55,420 nucleotides of DNA from Candidatus Falkowbacteria bacterium (GTDB lineage: Bacteria > Patescibacteriota > Patescibacteriia > Patescibacteriales > UBA12465): assembly GCA_012800315.1 (NCBI GenBank), contig JAAZJO010000015.1:1-55420 (forward strand), read 5' to 3'. Below the pieces are notes generated by a model. That model was not told the DNA's origin. It did not search any database and worked only from the letters and a program-made list of their open reading frames with translations. Positions 19,621 to 29,642 of this stretch are shown here, in pieces. Every line of letters starts with the position of its first letter. Position 1 is the stretch's first letter. The translations under genes were made by a program, and so were the position numbers.

Positions 19621-20065
19621 TTTTATAAGGACTATCTTCCCTGTTTTCCCACCTAATCTCATCCACTTCTTCTTTTTTACCTACTCCTTTATATAATTTA
19701 TCAGGAAAATTAATAGAAGTCGCGGAATGATCGGAAATACATTTATAACCATGAACCACTCCCGGCGGAACAACAACCGTACAAGGATAAGTTTCGCCAA
19801 CAACCATTTCTAACTTTTCACCCTGCGTGCTTGACCCTTCGCGTCTATCCCAAAGATAAAGTTTAAAATCACCAGGACCCGGAAAAATAAAATAATCTGT
19901 TTGATAAACATGTTCATGTGGACCACGAGCAATCCCCGGCAAAGTAACACTTAGATAAGACATGGCCACTCCTAAATCAACTTCATCACGACGATAAATT
20001 TCCATTAAATAACCACGATTATCTTCGTATTTATTTAATTCTTTAATAATAACCCCGTTAATCAT
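19613..20065 (-). CDS. rfbC: dTDP-4-dehydrorhamnose 3,5-epimerase family cupin
   Basis: D.RGYL.E, RGPH.H..Q.D, VPPGVVHGY; adjacent to rfbB. Confidence 0.85.
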   Translation of the reverse strand: MINGVIIKELNKYEDNRGYLMEIYRRDEVDLGVAMSYLSVTLPGIARGPHEHVYQTDYFIFPGPGDFKLYLWDRREGSSTQGEKLEMVVGETYPCTVVVPPGVVHGYKCISDHSATSINFPDKLYKGVGKKEEVDEIRWENREDSPYKID

Positions 20066-20075
20066 ATAGCTTATA

Positions 20076-21056
20076 TTAAATTTTAATTAAACTATTCTGC
20101 GCTCCAATATGAGCTACTTTAGCCGCCGCATTTCGCAAACTTAACTGCAAAGCCTGATCAATATTACCATCAAAAAGTGTCCAGCCAGCGGCAAAGGAAG
20201 AATTAAAAATATCACCAACACCGGTTGTGTCCACAGTTTTTCGCTCTTTAATAATTTCACGCGCCACCACTTGATGTCCATCATAGACAACTGCCCCCTC
20301 TTTACCTAAAGTAATCACTACAATTTTCGGACCAAAACTATGAATAATTTTAATTAATTTTTCAGTATCATTAAGAACTTGATGGCTAGTTTTTTTATAT
20401 TCTTCCGAATTAACCACTAAAGACAAGGCCTCATCCTTATTGCAAGCAAACACCGTTGTTTTTTTTAAATACTTACTAATCTTTGATACCCCTCCCAGGA
20501 GCTGAGTCATGCCAGGATTCCAAAACACTTGTGGTCCCTGTGGTCCAACCGTTGAAAAAATCTTTTTTAAATTAGCCTGCCAATTACCAGCCAAAGAGGC
20601 GATATAAATAGCTTTAGTCTTTTTTAAATTAGCTATCTCCTTTTCACCTATCACTAATTTATTATTAGCGCCTCGCTGAGCAAAAATAATTCTTTCACCA
20701 TCTGGAGAAATCAGAATAAAAGAAGAACCACTCTCTTCATTATTTATTTTCTTAATCAAGCTAGTATTAATACCTCGTTTTTGTAAATTTTTCTTAATTA
20801 ATTTTCCCCGATCATCATTGCCAATTGGAGCAATACAGGCTACTCGCAAACCAAAATTAGCTAAACAAGCCGCTGCGTTCGCTGCACCCCCGCCAAAAGA
20901 ATAGTGAAATTTATCTACTTTTATTTTTGCACCAGACTCAAAAGCTAAAAGTTTTTGACGCAAAATATCACTAGCATTATCAATTAAAACTCCTTGATCA
21001 GTGAAAAAAGAAATGTCATAAGTGGTGCCTCCAATTGTAATAAAATCGTATTTCAT
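20076..21056 (-). CDS. PfkB/ribokinase-family carbohydrate kinase
   Basis: GGGAANAA, IG.D..G, N..EA, ITLG.EG, DTTGVGD.F. Confidence 0.9.
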   Translation of the reverse strand: MKYDFITIGGTTYDISFFTDQGVLIDNASDILRQKLLAFESGAKIKVDKFHYSFGGGAANAAACLANFGLRVACIAPIGNDDRGKLIKKNLQKRGINTSLIKKINNEESGSSFILISPDGERIIFAQRGANNKLVIGEKEIANLKKTKAIYIASLAGNWQANLKKIFSTVGPQGPQVFWNPGMTQLLGGVSKISKYLKKTTVFACNKDEALSLVVNSEEYKKTSHQVLNDTEKLIKIIHSFGPKIVVITLGKEGAVVYDGHQVVAREIIKERKTVDTTGVGDIFNSSFAAGWTLFDGNIDQALQLSLRNAAAKVAHIGAQNSLIKI

Positions 21057-21076
21057 AAATATTTATGGTGTTATAT

Positions 21077-21085
21077 ATTATATCA
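21077..21085 (-). promoter_or_regulatory. Extended -10 element of the pfkB gene
   Basis: TGaTATAAT overlapping the mreD stop codon. Confidence 0.4.
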
Positions 21086-21625
21086 TACCAACGACTTCTT
21101 ATCCAAGAAAAATGGCTTAATTCTTTTTGAAACCAAAACAGCTAAATTAAATAAAATAACCGCAGACAAAAGACTCCAGAGACATTGATAAGCGGTTGTT
21201 AACCAAAAACTTTTTTGCCAAAGAAAAAAAACAAGCTTCTCCGCACTAAAGATATAAAAAAGAGTAGCCACTAAAAAATTATAAAAAAAGGTTATCCCTG
21301 TCATAATCGCCAACAAAGAATAAAAAGAGCGATTAGTTAATAAGTTTTTTAAAATCCATTCGGCAAAAAAAAGACAAATGAAAAAAACGATCAAATAAAG
21401 ACCAAAAAAACTAAAAGACATTAGATCTAACCAAAAACCAGCAATTAAGGCAGAAATTAAAGCGGTGCGAAAATCTAAAAAAAATAAAGTAAAGATCAGA
21501 ACGATGAGAAGCAGATTTATTTGACAAAACGGACTCGGCAAAGAACTAATAAAAGAAAATTGCAATAAAGCTAAAAAAGAAGTAATGATAATTAAAATTA
21601 ATATTTGCCAAATGTTTTTAAACAT
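21083..21625 (-). CDS. mreD: Rod shape-determining protein MreD-like; ATG 21625 preferred over GTG 21631
   Basis: About 5 TM, LLQ.S, G.WLD..S...FG; directly after mreC. Confidence 0.8.
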   Translation of the reverse strand: MFKNIWQILILIIITSFLALLQFSFISSLPSPFCQINLLLIVLIFTLFFLDFRTALISALIAGFWLDLMSFSFFGLYLIVFFICLFFAEWILKNLLTNRSFYSLLAIMTGITFFYNFLVATLFYIFSAEKLVFFLWQKSFWLTTAYQCLWSLLSAVILFNLAVLVSKRIKPFFLDKKSLV

Positions 21626-21630
21626 AAGCA

Positions 21631-22440
21631 CTAAGGAATAATAACTGTCACCACTGTTAAATTATCAAGATTAACTAAGGGCTCAATAGTAGCGTCCTGC
21701 CAAACTTCATTGCTTTCATTGCGAATTTCAATCACCTTTCCAATAACTAAGCCACGTGGAATTTTATCACCTAGACCAGAGGTAATCACTCTATCGCCAA
21801 CCGAAACAACTTCTAATTGTGGAATATAATTCATTTTAATAGTTAAGCCTAAATCTCCATCAGTAATTCCCTGCGTTCGGGTTGAGTTTTGAATAGCTGC
21901 TGCCAATTTACATCCACGACTAGTCGTCAAACAAAGCTTCGCACTATGATCTTTTACTTCAACAATTTTGCCAATAATTATCCCTTCTTCACTAGTGACT
22001 CCTTGTCCCACAGCTAAACCATCTTTCAGGCCCTTATTAATAATAATATCTTGTCCAGCGCCACTGCTCTCAATCAGAGATTCACGAGAAATAACTTCGG
22101 CTGCCACTGCTTTAAAATTATTAGTCTTCACAAAATTTAATTGACTACGTAGCTTAGCATTTTCTTCTCTCAATTCTTGTTCTTGCGAACTAGCCACAGT
22201 TAAAACAGCTACCTCCTTAGTTAATTCATCAATTTTAGCCAAAAGAGATTCCTGAGTAGCCTGTTCTTGATAGGAAGCCTGAAAAGAATTACCCCAAGAA
22301 TAAAAACGACTGTTTAAAGAGCTAAAAGATTTCAAAATAAAATTTTCCAGAGGACGCAAAAGACCGACACCATGTAAAAAAATAAGTAATCCCAAAACTA
22401 CCAAAAAAATCAAAATTAGATTATTTTTTTTAATTCTCAT
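21631..22440 (-). CDS. mreC: Rod shape-determining protein MreC
   Basis: N-terminal TM, coiled coil ELREENAKLR, INKG..DG, VITSGLG..IPRGL.IG. Confidence 0.95.
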   Translation of the reverse strand: MRIKKNNLILIFLVVLGLLIFLHGVGLLRPLENFILKSFSSLNSRFYSWGNSFQASYQEQATQESLLAKIDELTKEVAVLTVASSQEQELREENAKLRSQLNFVKTNNFKAVAAEVISRESLIESSGAGQDIIINKGLKDGLAVGQGVTSEEGIIIGKIVEVKDHSAKLCLTTSRGCKLAAAIQNSTRTQGITDGDLGLTIKMNYIPQLEVVSVGDRVITSGLGDKIPRGLVIGKVIEIRNESNEVWQDATIEPLVNLDNLTVVTVIIP

Positions 22441-22459
22441 GCCGGAAAATATTATTTTT

Positions 22460-23500
22460 TTATTCAGTAATATTAGCTAAAACAACTTTTTCTAATAATT
22501 CTTTATTGCCTAATAATAAACCGGTCCCCCGCGCAACACAGGTGAGTGGATCATCAACAATCTTAACTGGAATTTTAGCTGCTTGCGAGATTGCCTGATC
22601 TAGACCACGCATTAAAGCGCCACCACCCGAAAGATATAAACCTCGTTCATAAATATCAGAAACTAACTCGGGGGGAGTTGTTTCAAGAATTGTTTTAATC
22701 GTTTCAATTATTTTATTAACTGTTCGGCTAATTGCTTCACGCACTTGCTTATCATTAATCATAATCGCTTTTGGCAGACCAGTTAAAAGATCCCGTCCCC
22801 GGACTTCCATTTCCTTTGTCTCCTCCAAGGGAACAGCTGAACCAATGTTAATCTTAATGCTTTCCGCTAATTGCTCACCAATTAAAATATTAAATTCCTC
22901 ACGAATATATTCAATAATATTATTATCAAATTCATTACTAGCCGCCTTAATAGATCGCCACGCCACTACACCGCCTAAAGAAATAACAGCAATCTCGCTA
23001 GTCCCGCCACCAATATCAACAATCATAGTGGCGGTAGCTTCCGTCACTGGCAAACGCGCTCCAATCGCAGCGGCCATTGCTTCTTCAATTAAATAAACCT
23101 TTCTCGCTCCAGCTGAACGTGCCGCATCTTCAACTGCTTTCTTTTCTACTTCGGTTAAATCTAGCGGAATACCAATAACTACCCGCGGACGAGCAATTAA
23201 GGCAAAATTTTCACCATGCACTTTAGTGATAAAATATTTCAACATCTTTTCGGTAATTTCAAAATCAGAAATAACTCCCTCAACTAAAGGCTTAATCGCT
23301 TCAATATGTCCCGGGGTTTTGCCAACCATTTTTTTAGCTGCCTCACCAACTTCCAATATCTCATTAGTACGTTTATTAATAGCCACCACACTAGGCTCAT
23401 TAATCACCGTCCCCTTATCAGCCATATAAATCAAAGTATTTCTAGTACCTAAATCAATACCTAAATCATGACTAAATTTTCCAATGAGATTATTAAACAT
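22460..23500 (-). CDS. mreB: Rod shape-determining protein MreB (mreBCD operon)
   Basis: DLGIDLGT, EPSVVA, AAAIGA, DIGGGT, TPPEL..DI, LSGGGAL. Confidence 0.95.
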   Translation of the reverse strand: MFNNLIGKFSHDLGIDLGTRNTLIYMADKGTVINEPSVVAINKRTNEILEVGEAAKKMVGKTPGHIEAIKPLVEGVISDFEITEKMLKYFITKVHGENFALIARPRVVIGIPLDLTEVEKKAVEDAARSAGARKVYLIEEAMAAAIGARLPVTEATATMIVDIGGGTSEIAVISLGGVVAWRSIKAASNEFDNNIIEYIREEFNILIGEQLAESIKINIGSAVPLEETKEMEVRGRDLLTGLPKAIMINDKQVREAISRTVNKIIETIKTILETTPPELVSDIYERGLYLSGGGALMRGLDQAISQAAKIPVKIVDDPLTCVARGTGLLLGNKELLEKVVLANITE

Positions 23501-23517
23501 ATATCCTAAAATTATAA

Positions 23518-24744
23518 CTATCTTAATTTTTCAATTAGTTCTTTAGCTGTCATTAATTGACTTTCAGTATTAGAGCGTTGTTTTAATTCAAGTTTTCCGG
23601 CAGCTAATGTTTTTTGACTAACTACCACACGATAAGGACAACCAATTAAATCAGCGTCCACAAATTTTTCACCAGCTTGTAATTCACGGTCATCATACAA
23701 AACATCAATGCCCTCTTTAAGTAAGTCTTGATAAATCTTTTCAGCTGCTTCATTCTCGTTAAGAGATAAAAGATGGACTTTGAAGGGGGCAATACTAGCT
23801 GGCCAAATAATCCCTTTTTCATCATGACAAACTTCTACAACTGCGCCCATTAAACGACTAATTCCTAAACCATAGCAACCCATGATAACTGGCTTTTTCT
23901 CACCATCTTTATCTTGAAACTTTAAATCAAAAGGATCTGAATAATTAGTGCCTAGTTTAAAAATATTACCAGCTTCAACTGCTTTCTCCTCTCTTAAATC
24001 CTGGCGTCCACATTGCGGACAAATATTTTGCTCAGCAATAATTTCTTTATTAACTGCCATTTTACAATTATCGCAAACATAAATTATATCTTCACCAGCC
24101 TCTGTTAAAACCTGAAACTCATGAGAGTATTTAGAAAAACTACCACCAGAGGCATAAGTCAAATAAGTGTTCTCTTCTAAACCAATACGGCGAAAAATAT
24201 TTTGATAGGCTAAAATTACTCTATCATAATAATGATCTAAATCTGCTTGGTTAGCGTGAAAGGAATATAAATCTTTCATTAAAAATTCTCGCCCCCGAAT
24301 TAAGCCCGACTTGGCTCTTTTCTCATTACGAAACTTATTTTGAATTTGAAAAACAGCTAATGGAAGTTCGCGATAAGAATTAATAAATTTTTTAGCTAAA
24401 GGAGTAACCACTTCTTCATGGGTTGGGTTAAGCGCATATTCTTTTTCATCTAAACCACTAGTTTTAAATAAAACATCTAATGTATCCCAACGTCCAGTAG
24501 CCTGCCAATTTTCACGCGACGTCAAAGAAGGCATATTTATTTCCTGTCCCTCAATCGCTTCCATTTCAGTAATAACAATATTTTTTAACTTATTAATTAC
24601 TCTCCAACCTAATGGCAAAAAAGAATAAACCCCAGCCGCTGTTTTGTCAATAAAGCCGGCCCTAATCAAAGCCTGAGCATTAAAACTAGTTTCATCTTTG
24701 GGCAATTCTTTTATGGTTCTAGTAAAAAGTTGAGATTGTTTCAT
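23518..24744 (-). CDS. proS: Proline--tRNA ligase, short form without the INS editing domain
   Basis: NPTHEE, KFRNE.R...GL.RGREF.MKD.YSF, IFKLGT.YS, MGCYG.G.SR, anticodon-binding domain. Confidence 0.96.
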   Translation of the reverse strand: MKQSQLFTRTIKELPKDETSFNAQALIRAGFIDKTAAGVYSFLPLGWRVINKLKNIVITEMEAIEGQEINMPSLTSRENWQATGRWDTLDVLFKTSGLDEKEYALNPTHEEVVTPLAKKFINSYRELPLAVFQIQNKFRNEKRAKSGLIRGREFLMKDLYSFHANQADLDHYYDRVILAYQNIFRRIGLEENTYLTYASGGSFSKYSHEFQVLTEAGEDIIYVCDNCKMAVNKEIIAEQNICPQCGRQDLREEKAVEAGNIFKLGTNYSDPFDLKFQDKDGEKKPVIMGCYGLGISRLMGAVVEVCHDEKGIIWPASIAPFKVHLLSLNENEAAEKIYQDLLKEGIDVLYDDRELQAGEKFVDADLIGCPYRVVVSQKTLAAGKLELKQRSNTESQLMTAKELIEKLR

Positions 24745-24763
24745 ATATTCAATAATTATCTTT

Positions 24764-24792
24764 ATCCTATCTTAAAAATATTGGTCTGTAAA
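24764..24792 (-). promoter_or_regulatory. Putative proS promoter
   Basis: TTTACA (24792-24787), 17 bp, TAGGAT (24769-24764). Confidence 0.45.
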
Positions 24793-24793
24793 G

Positions 24794-25375
24794 TTAGCGC
24801 TTAACCATTTTTTTAAGAGCAGCCTTAACTCGTTCGCCACTATCTGTAATATTCTGCTCAACCATATTTAAAGCCGTTCGTGCCTCATTCAAGGAATAAC
24901 CTAGGGTCATTAAAGCATCAATTTCATCACTACCAGAAACACCTAATGTATCTAAAGTGGAAATTTCACCAGCCCCTCGCAAAACTTTAGTTTTTAACTC
25001 TAAAACAATTCTCTCAGCAGTCTTCTTACCAATACCAGCAACCTTAGTTAATAAAGCAGCATCACCACGGATAATTGTTTCTTTTATATCTTCAGAGCTA
25101 GCGATGGAAATTACTCCTAAAGCCGATTTCGGTCCGACTCCAGAAACCGTTAATAATAATTTAAATAATTCTAAATCAGCTGCTGTTTTAAAACCATAAA
25201 GATCATCAACATCCTCTTTAATCTGATGATGTGTAAATATTTCTGCCTCCCCACCAACCTTTAATTCATTTAAAAAATTTTCTCCAGCAAAAATTTGATA
25301 ACCGATATTATTTACTTCTAAAATAATGTAATTTGATGATTTACTAATAATTTTTCCCCGTAAATAAGCAATCAT
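24794..25375 (-). CDS. ruvA: Holliday junction branch migration protein RuvA
   Basis: MIAYLRG, LYGF, VSGVGPKSA, GIGKKTAERI..EL, AL..LGY. Confidence 0.97.
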   Translation of the reverse strand: MIAYLRGKIISKSSNYIILEVNNIGYQIFAGENFLNELKVGGEAEIFTHHQIKEDVDDLYGFKTAADLELFKLLLTVSGVGPKSALGVISIASSEDIKETIIRGDAALLTKVAGIGKKTAERIVLELKTKVLRGAGEISTLDTLGVSGSDEIDALMTLGYSLNEARTALNMVEQNITDSGERVKAALKKMVKR

Positions 25376-25413
25376 ATTTTAAAAATTAAACTTTCAATTA
25401 ATAAAAGCAAAAC

Positions 25414-26691
25414 CTACCGCTGATTTAATCTTCTAAGCACACTTAACACCGGCAAAGTTCCCAGACCATTGGGTATAGCATCAAAATCATATTCTAAATA
25501 AGCGATTGTACCGCCGCCGCCACCGTGTGCCTTCGTTAATGCCTGCTCAGTTTTCGCCTCCCAAAGATTCTCCAACTTAATTTTAATTATATCATAATTC
25601 GGTTTAATAATCTCAACTTTATCACCTATTTTAAGCGTATTATGGACCTGAAAATAAATCCTTAATTTTTTTCCTTGCCTTTCCTCTAGGTTTATTACTT
25701 GACCACAAAACTCCCAAGAACTGACATTATGAGAATCAAAAATATTTTGATCAGCCTTATCCCCCAGCAAAAACCCGGTAGTATATCCTCGGTGAACCAA
25801 TTTTGTTTTTAATTCTTTTTCTAAAAAATCTAATTCTTGGTTTAATTTAGTTGCTGGTGTTTTTTTAGTAATTAATTCCAGGGCCTGACGATAAATACCA
25901 CAAACTACTGCTTGGTAATAAACACTTTTTGCCCGACCTTCAATTTTAAAACTAGTCACTCCAGCCGCCGCTAACTCTTTCAAATATTTCAGCAAACATA
26001 AATCTTTTGAATTTAATAAATAAGCTCCATGACGCTCTTCAACTATTTCTAATTCCTCTGGATGATTAGCACTTCTTAACAAAACATCATATTCCCAACG
26101 ACAAGGCTGAGCACAATCGCCGAGATTAGCACTACGATCAACTAATAATTTTGACAAAAAACAACGACCAGAATAAGTCATACACATTGCTCCATGGACA
26201 AAATATTCTAAATCAACTTGAGGCGCTGCTTGATGAATTTCTTTAATTTCTTTTAAGGTCACTTCTCGGCCCAAAATTATTCTTTTCACTCCCTGCTTCT
26301 GCCAAAACTTAACCGCTGCTAAATTAGTACAATTCGCTTGAGTTGATAAATGAATTTCTGCTTTTGGCCAATACTTCTTAACTAAAGCCAAAATACCCGG
26401 ATCAGAAATAATCAAAGCATCAACCTTCAGCGCTTTTAATACTTTAATATAAGCTGGTAGTTTTGATAAATGCTGATTATGAGCAAAAATATTTACCGTA
26501 ACATAAACTTTTTTCTGTCTATCATGAGCATATTTCACCGCCTCTTTTATTCCTTGTAGATCAAAATCATTAATACGTACTCGCAAAGAAAAATCTGGAA
26601 TACCTAAATAAACCGCATCTGCTCCGTAAGTAAAAGCTGTTTTCATTTTCAAAAAATTTCCAGCTGGAGCTAGTAATTCTAGGTTGTTCAT
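25414..26691 (-). CDS. Peptidase U32 family protein, TrhP/YegQ-like tRNA hydroxylase
   Basis: ELLAPAG, GADAVY, HLSTQAN, HGAMC..YSGRC, C.QPCR, KIEGR.K. Confidence 0.9.
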   Translation of the reverse strand: MNNLELLAPAGNFLKMKTAFTYGADAVYLGIPDFSLRVRINDFDLQGIKEAVKYAHDRQKKVYVTVNIFAHNQHLSKLPAYIKVLKALKVDALIISDPGILALVKKYWPKAEIHLSTQANCTNLAAVKFWQKQGVKRIILGREVTLKEIKEIHQAAPQVDLEYFVHGAMCMTYSGRCFLSKLLVDRSANLGDCAQPCRWEYDVLLRSANHPEELEIVEERHGAYLLNSKDLCLLKYLKELAAAGVTSFKIEGRAKSVYYQAVVCGIYRQALELITKKTPATKLNQELDFLEKELKTKLVHRGYTTGFLLGDKADQNIFDSHNVSSWEFCGQVINLEERQGKKLRIYFQVHNTLKIGDKVEIIKPNYDIIKIKLENLWEAKTEQALTKAHGGGGGTIAYLEYDFDAIPNGLGTLPVLSVLRRLNQR

Positions 26692-26699
26692 AAAAAATT

Positions 26700-29615
26700 T
26701 TACTTTTTTAAACTTAAAATAAATTTACAATCATCAATTTTTACTTCTTTACCTGAGCTTATTTCAGTTACTAAGTGGATTGCTGAACTTAAAGTTTCTT
26801 TCATAATTTCTGCGCCCTTCTCTTTGAATACTTCATTAATTTCTGCACTAGCGCCAACTACAAAAACTTGGGCCGAATCTGAAAGTGATAAATTATTATC
26901 TTTTCTTAAATTATTAATCAAACGAATTAATTCTCTCTTAATTCCCTCTTTCTTTAATTCTGGAGTAATTACTGTATCTAATTCAACTTCAGTATTACCC
27001 TTCATCTTAATAAACTTAACCGCTGCTAAATTTAATTCATCTTTAACTAAAGCCGCATATTCATCAGTTAATTCATCCTCTCCCTTAACTGTAATTAAGC
27101 TCAGTCTTTGTCTAATCTTGATACCGGCTTCATCGCGCTTCGCCAAACCAAGCTCAACAATCTTGCGAGCAATCTCCATTTCTGTTAAAACCTTATTTTC
27201 TTCTGCACTTAATTCAGCAAAGTCGGTCCAGGTCTCAAGATGAATTGATTTATCTTTATCAGAAAAATTATTACCGCTAACCTTCTGCCATAAATTTTCC
27301 GCTATAAACGGCATTGCCGGCGCCATTAACTTAGTTAATTCTATCAAAACATAACGCGTAGTCACTAAAGCATTTTTTTTATCTTCCTCATCATCCGCTT
27401 TAAAACGATCACGACTGCGGCGTAAATACCAAGTAGAAAGCTCATCAATAAAATCAGCCAGCGGACGAGTTGCTTTCGGCAAATTATAAGCCTCCATCGC
27501 CTCAGTAACTTCTTTATTCAATAATTTTAATTTAGCAATAATCCAAATATCTAAAACATTGCTGCTGACTGGCACAACAATCTCCCCCTGAACTGCAGTA
27601 GCATACATTTCATAAAATTTATAAACATTCCATAAAACCATAATGTTTTTACGCAAAGCCTCCTCTACACCCTTCTCAGAAAAATTAAGATTCTCTGCTA
27701 ACATCACTGGTGAAGATAATAAATAAGCGCGTAAAGCATCTGAGCCATATTTTTCCATGACCACTAATGGATCAGGATAATTTTTCAACTTCTTAGACAT
27801 CTTTTTTCCATCTTCAGCTAAAACGATGCCATTAGCAATAACATTTTGAAAGGCTCGCTCACCCCTTAAAGCCCCAGAAATAACATGGAGATAATAAAAC
27901 CAGGTACGACATTGATCAACGCCTTCGGCAATAAATTGTGCTGGAAAACTTTCTTCTAATTTTTCTTTATTTTCAAACGGATAGTGTAGCTGCGCATAAG
28001 GCATGGCGCCAGACTCAAACCAACAATCTAAAACATCAGGCACTCGTTTCATTGTCTCGCCACATTCTGAACAGGTAAACGTTAATGGGTCAACTTTGTC
28101 TTTATGAATATCGTTAATTTTTTCACCAGTTAACTTTTCTAATTCAGCCACACTACCAATTACCCGGCGATGACCATTAGCACATTCCCAAATCGGAATG
28201 GCGCTGGCCCAAAAACGTTGACGAGAAATTGACCAATCGCGCGCCCCCTCAAGCCACTTACCAAAACGACCATGCTTTAAATAATCAGGCGACCAATTTA
28301 TTTTTTTAGCCTCTTCAAGTAGTTGTGGCTTTAAATCAACAACATTCACAAACCAAGAAGAAGTTGTGTAATTAATTAAAGGAGTATCGCAACGCCAACA
28401 ATGCGGATAACTATGTTCATATTTTTCCTTATGAAATAATAAACCATGGGCAGCTAAATATTTAATAATTTCTACATCGGTAGCTGTATGATCCTCAATT
28501 GGTTTAACACTTAGACCAGCGAAATCTTTAACCTCAGCTTTAATTAAACCATCTAAACCAACGTGCTGAATAAATGGCAATTTCTCCACCTTCCTTAAAT
28601 TCATATCATCTTCTCCAAAAGCGGGCGCAATATGTACAACTCCCGTACCCTCTTCAGTCGTCACAAAATCAGCCGCATAAACTGTCCAGCCACGCTCACG
28701 ATATTCTAAAGTTTGATCATGATAATAATAATCAAATAATGGTTGGTATTTTTTACCAACTAATTCAGAGCCTTTAAATTCATAAATAAGCTCAAATTCT
28801 TTCTCCTTCATGACTTCCGCTAAACGTTCTTTAGCTAAAATATAATTTCCCTCGGCTGTTTTTATTTTTACATAATCAATTTCCGCGCCCACAGCTAAGG
28901 CAACATTAGCAATTAATGTCCAAGGGGTAGTCGTCCAAGCCAAAATATAAGTTCCTGGCTCAGTAATTAATTCAAATTTAGCTATAGCTGATAAATCTTT
29001 AATATCTTTATAACCTTCAGTCACCTCCGATTGTGATAAGGTCGTTTCACAATGCGGACAAATATGCATAGAGCGATAGTCTTGATAAATCAAACCCTTA
29101 TCCCAAATCTGTTTAAAAACCCACCAAATACTTTCCATGTAATTTAAATCCATGGTACGATAAGAATTTTCCATATCTGCCCAGCGACCTAAACGCTTAA
29201 TCACTTTTTTCCAGTCATCAATATAAGTAGAAACCCGAGAACGACATAAATTATTAAACTGCGCGACCCCTAATTCCTCAATTTCTTTTTTAGTTTTTGT
29301 ACCCAATTCTTTCTCTACAATATTTTCAATTGGTAAGCCATGACAATCCCAACCCCATTTACGATTAACCCGATAACCACGCATAGTCCAATAACGCGGC
29401 ACCACGTCTTTCATAATACTGCCAACCAAGTGGCCATAATGTGGTGTGCCAGTAGCAAAAGGCGGACCATCATAAAAAACATATTCACCTTGTGGTGCTT
29501 CTTTGTTTAATGATTTATGAAAAATATCTCCCTCATCCCAAAATTGTAAAACTGCTTCTTCCATACCCGGAAAAGATGTTCTCTCTTTTTTTTGTTCTTT
29601 TTGCTGTTCACTCAT
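26700..29615 (-). CDS. ileS: Isoleucine--tRNA ligase, type 2
   Basis: DGPPFATG.PHYGH, GWDCHGLP, WTTTPWTL, DWSISRQR.W, KMSKK; IleRS2-type C-terminus. Confidence 0.97.
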   Translation of the reverse strand: MSEQQKEQKKERTSFPGMEEAVLQFWDEGDIFHKSLNKEAPQGEYVFYDGPPFATGTPHYGHLVGSIMKDVVPRYWTMRGYRVNRKWGWDCHGLPIENIVEKELGTKTKKEIEELGVAQFNNLCRSRVSTYIDDWKKVIKRLGRWADMENSYRTMDLNYMESIWWVFKQIWDKGLIYQDYRSMHICPHCETTLSQSEVTEGYKDIKDLSAIAKFELITEPGTYILAWTTTPWTLIANVALAVGAEIDYVKIKTAEGNYILAKERLAEVMKEKEFELIYEFKGSELVGKKYQPLFDYYYHDQTLEYRERGWTVYAADFVTTEEGTGVVHIAPAFGEDDMNLRKVEKLPFIQHVGLDGLIKAEVKDFAGLSVKPIEDHTATDVEIIKYLAAHGLLFHKEKYEHSYPHCWRCDTPLINYTTSSWFVNVVDLKPQLLEEAKKINWSPDYLKHGRFGKWLEGARDWSISRQRFWASAIPIWECANGHRRVIGSVAELEKLTGEKINDIHKDKVDPLTFTCSECGETMKRVPDVLDCWFESGAMPYAQLHYPFENKEKLEESFPAQFIAEGVDQCRTWFYYLHVISGALRGERAFQNVIANGIVLAEDGKKMSKKLKNYPDPLVVMEKYGSDALRAYLLSSPVMLAENLNFSEKGVEEALRKNIMVLWNVYKFYEMYATAVQGEIVVPVSSNVLDIWIIAKLKLLNKEVTEAMEAYNLPKATRPLADFIDELSTWYLRRSRDRFKADDEEDKKNALVTTRYVLIELTKLMAPAMPFIAENLWQKVSGNNFSDKDKSIHLETWTDFAELSAEENKVLTEMEIARKIVELGLAKRDEAGIKIRQRLSLITVKGEDELTDEYAALVKDELNLAAVKFIKMKGNTEVELDTVITPELKKEGIKRELIRLINNLRKDNNLSLSDSAQVFVVGASAEINEVFKEKGAEIMKETLSSAIHLVTEISSGKEVKIDDCKFILSLKK

Positions 29616-29642
29616 ATTTTTTCTAGTGATCTATATTTATTT

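Noticed and set aside
18588-20065. Incomplete rhamnose pathway (no rfbA/rfbD), and ruvA without ruvB
   Set aside because: Split operons are common in CPR; absence from one window says nothing about the genome.
26700-29615. IleRS2 as an acquired mupirocin-resistance gene
   Set aside because: It sits in a housekeeping run with host-like composition; type 2 IleRS is the native enzyme in many lineages.
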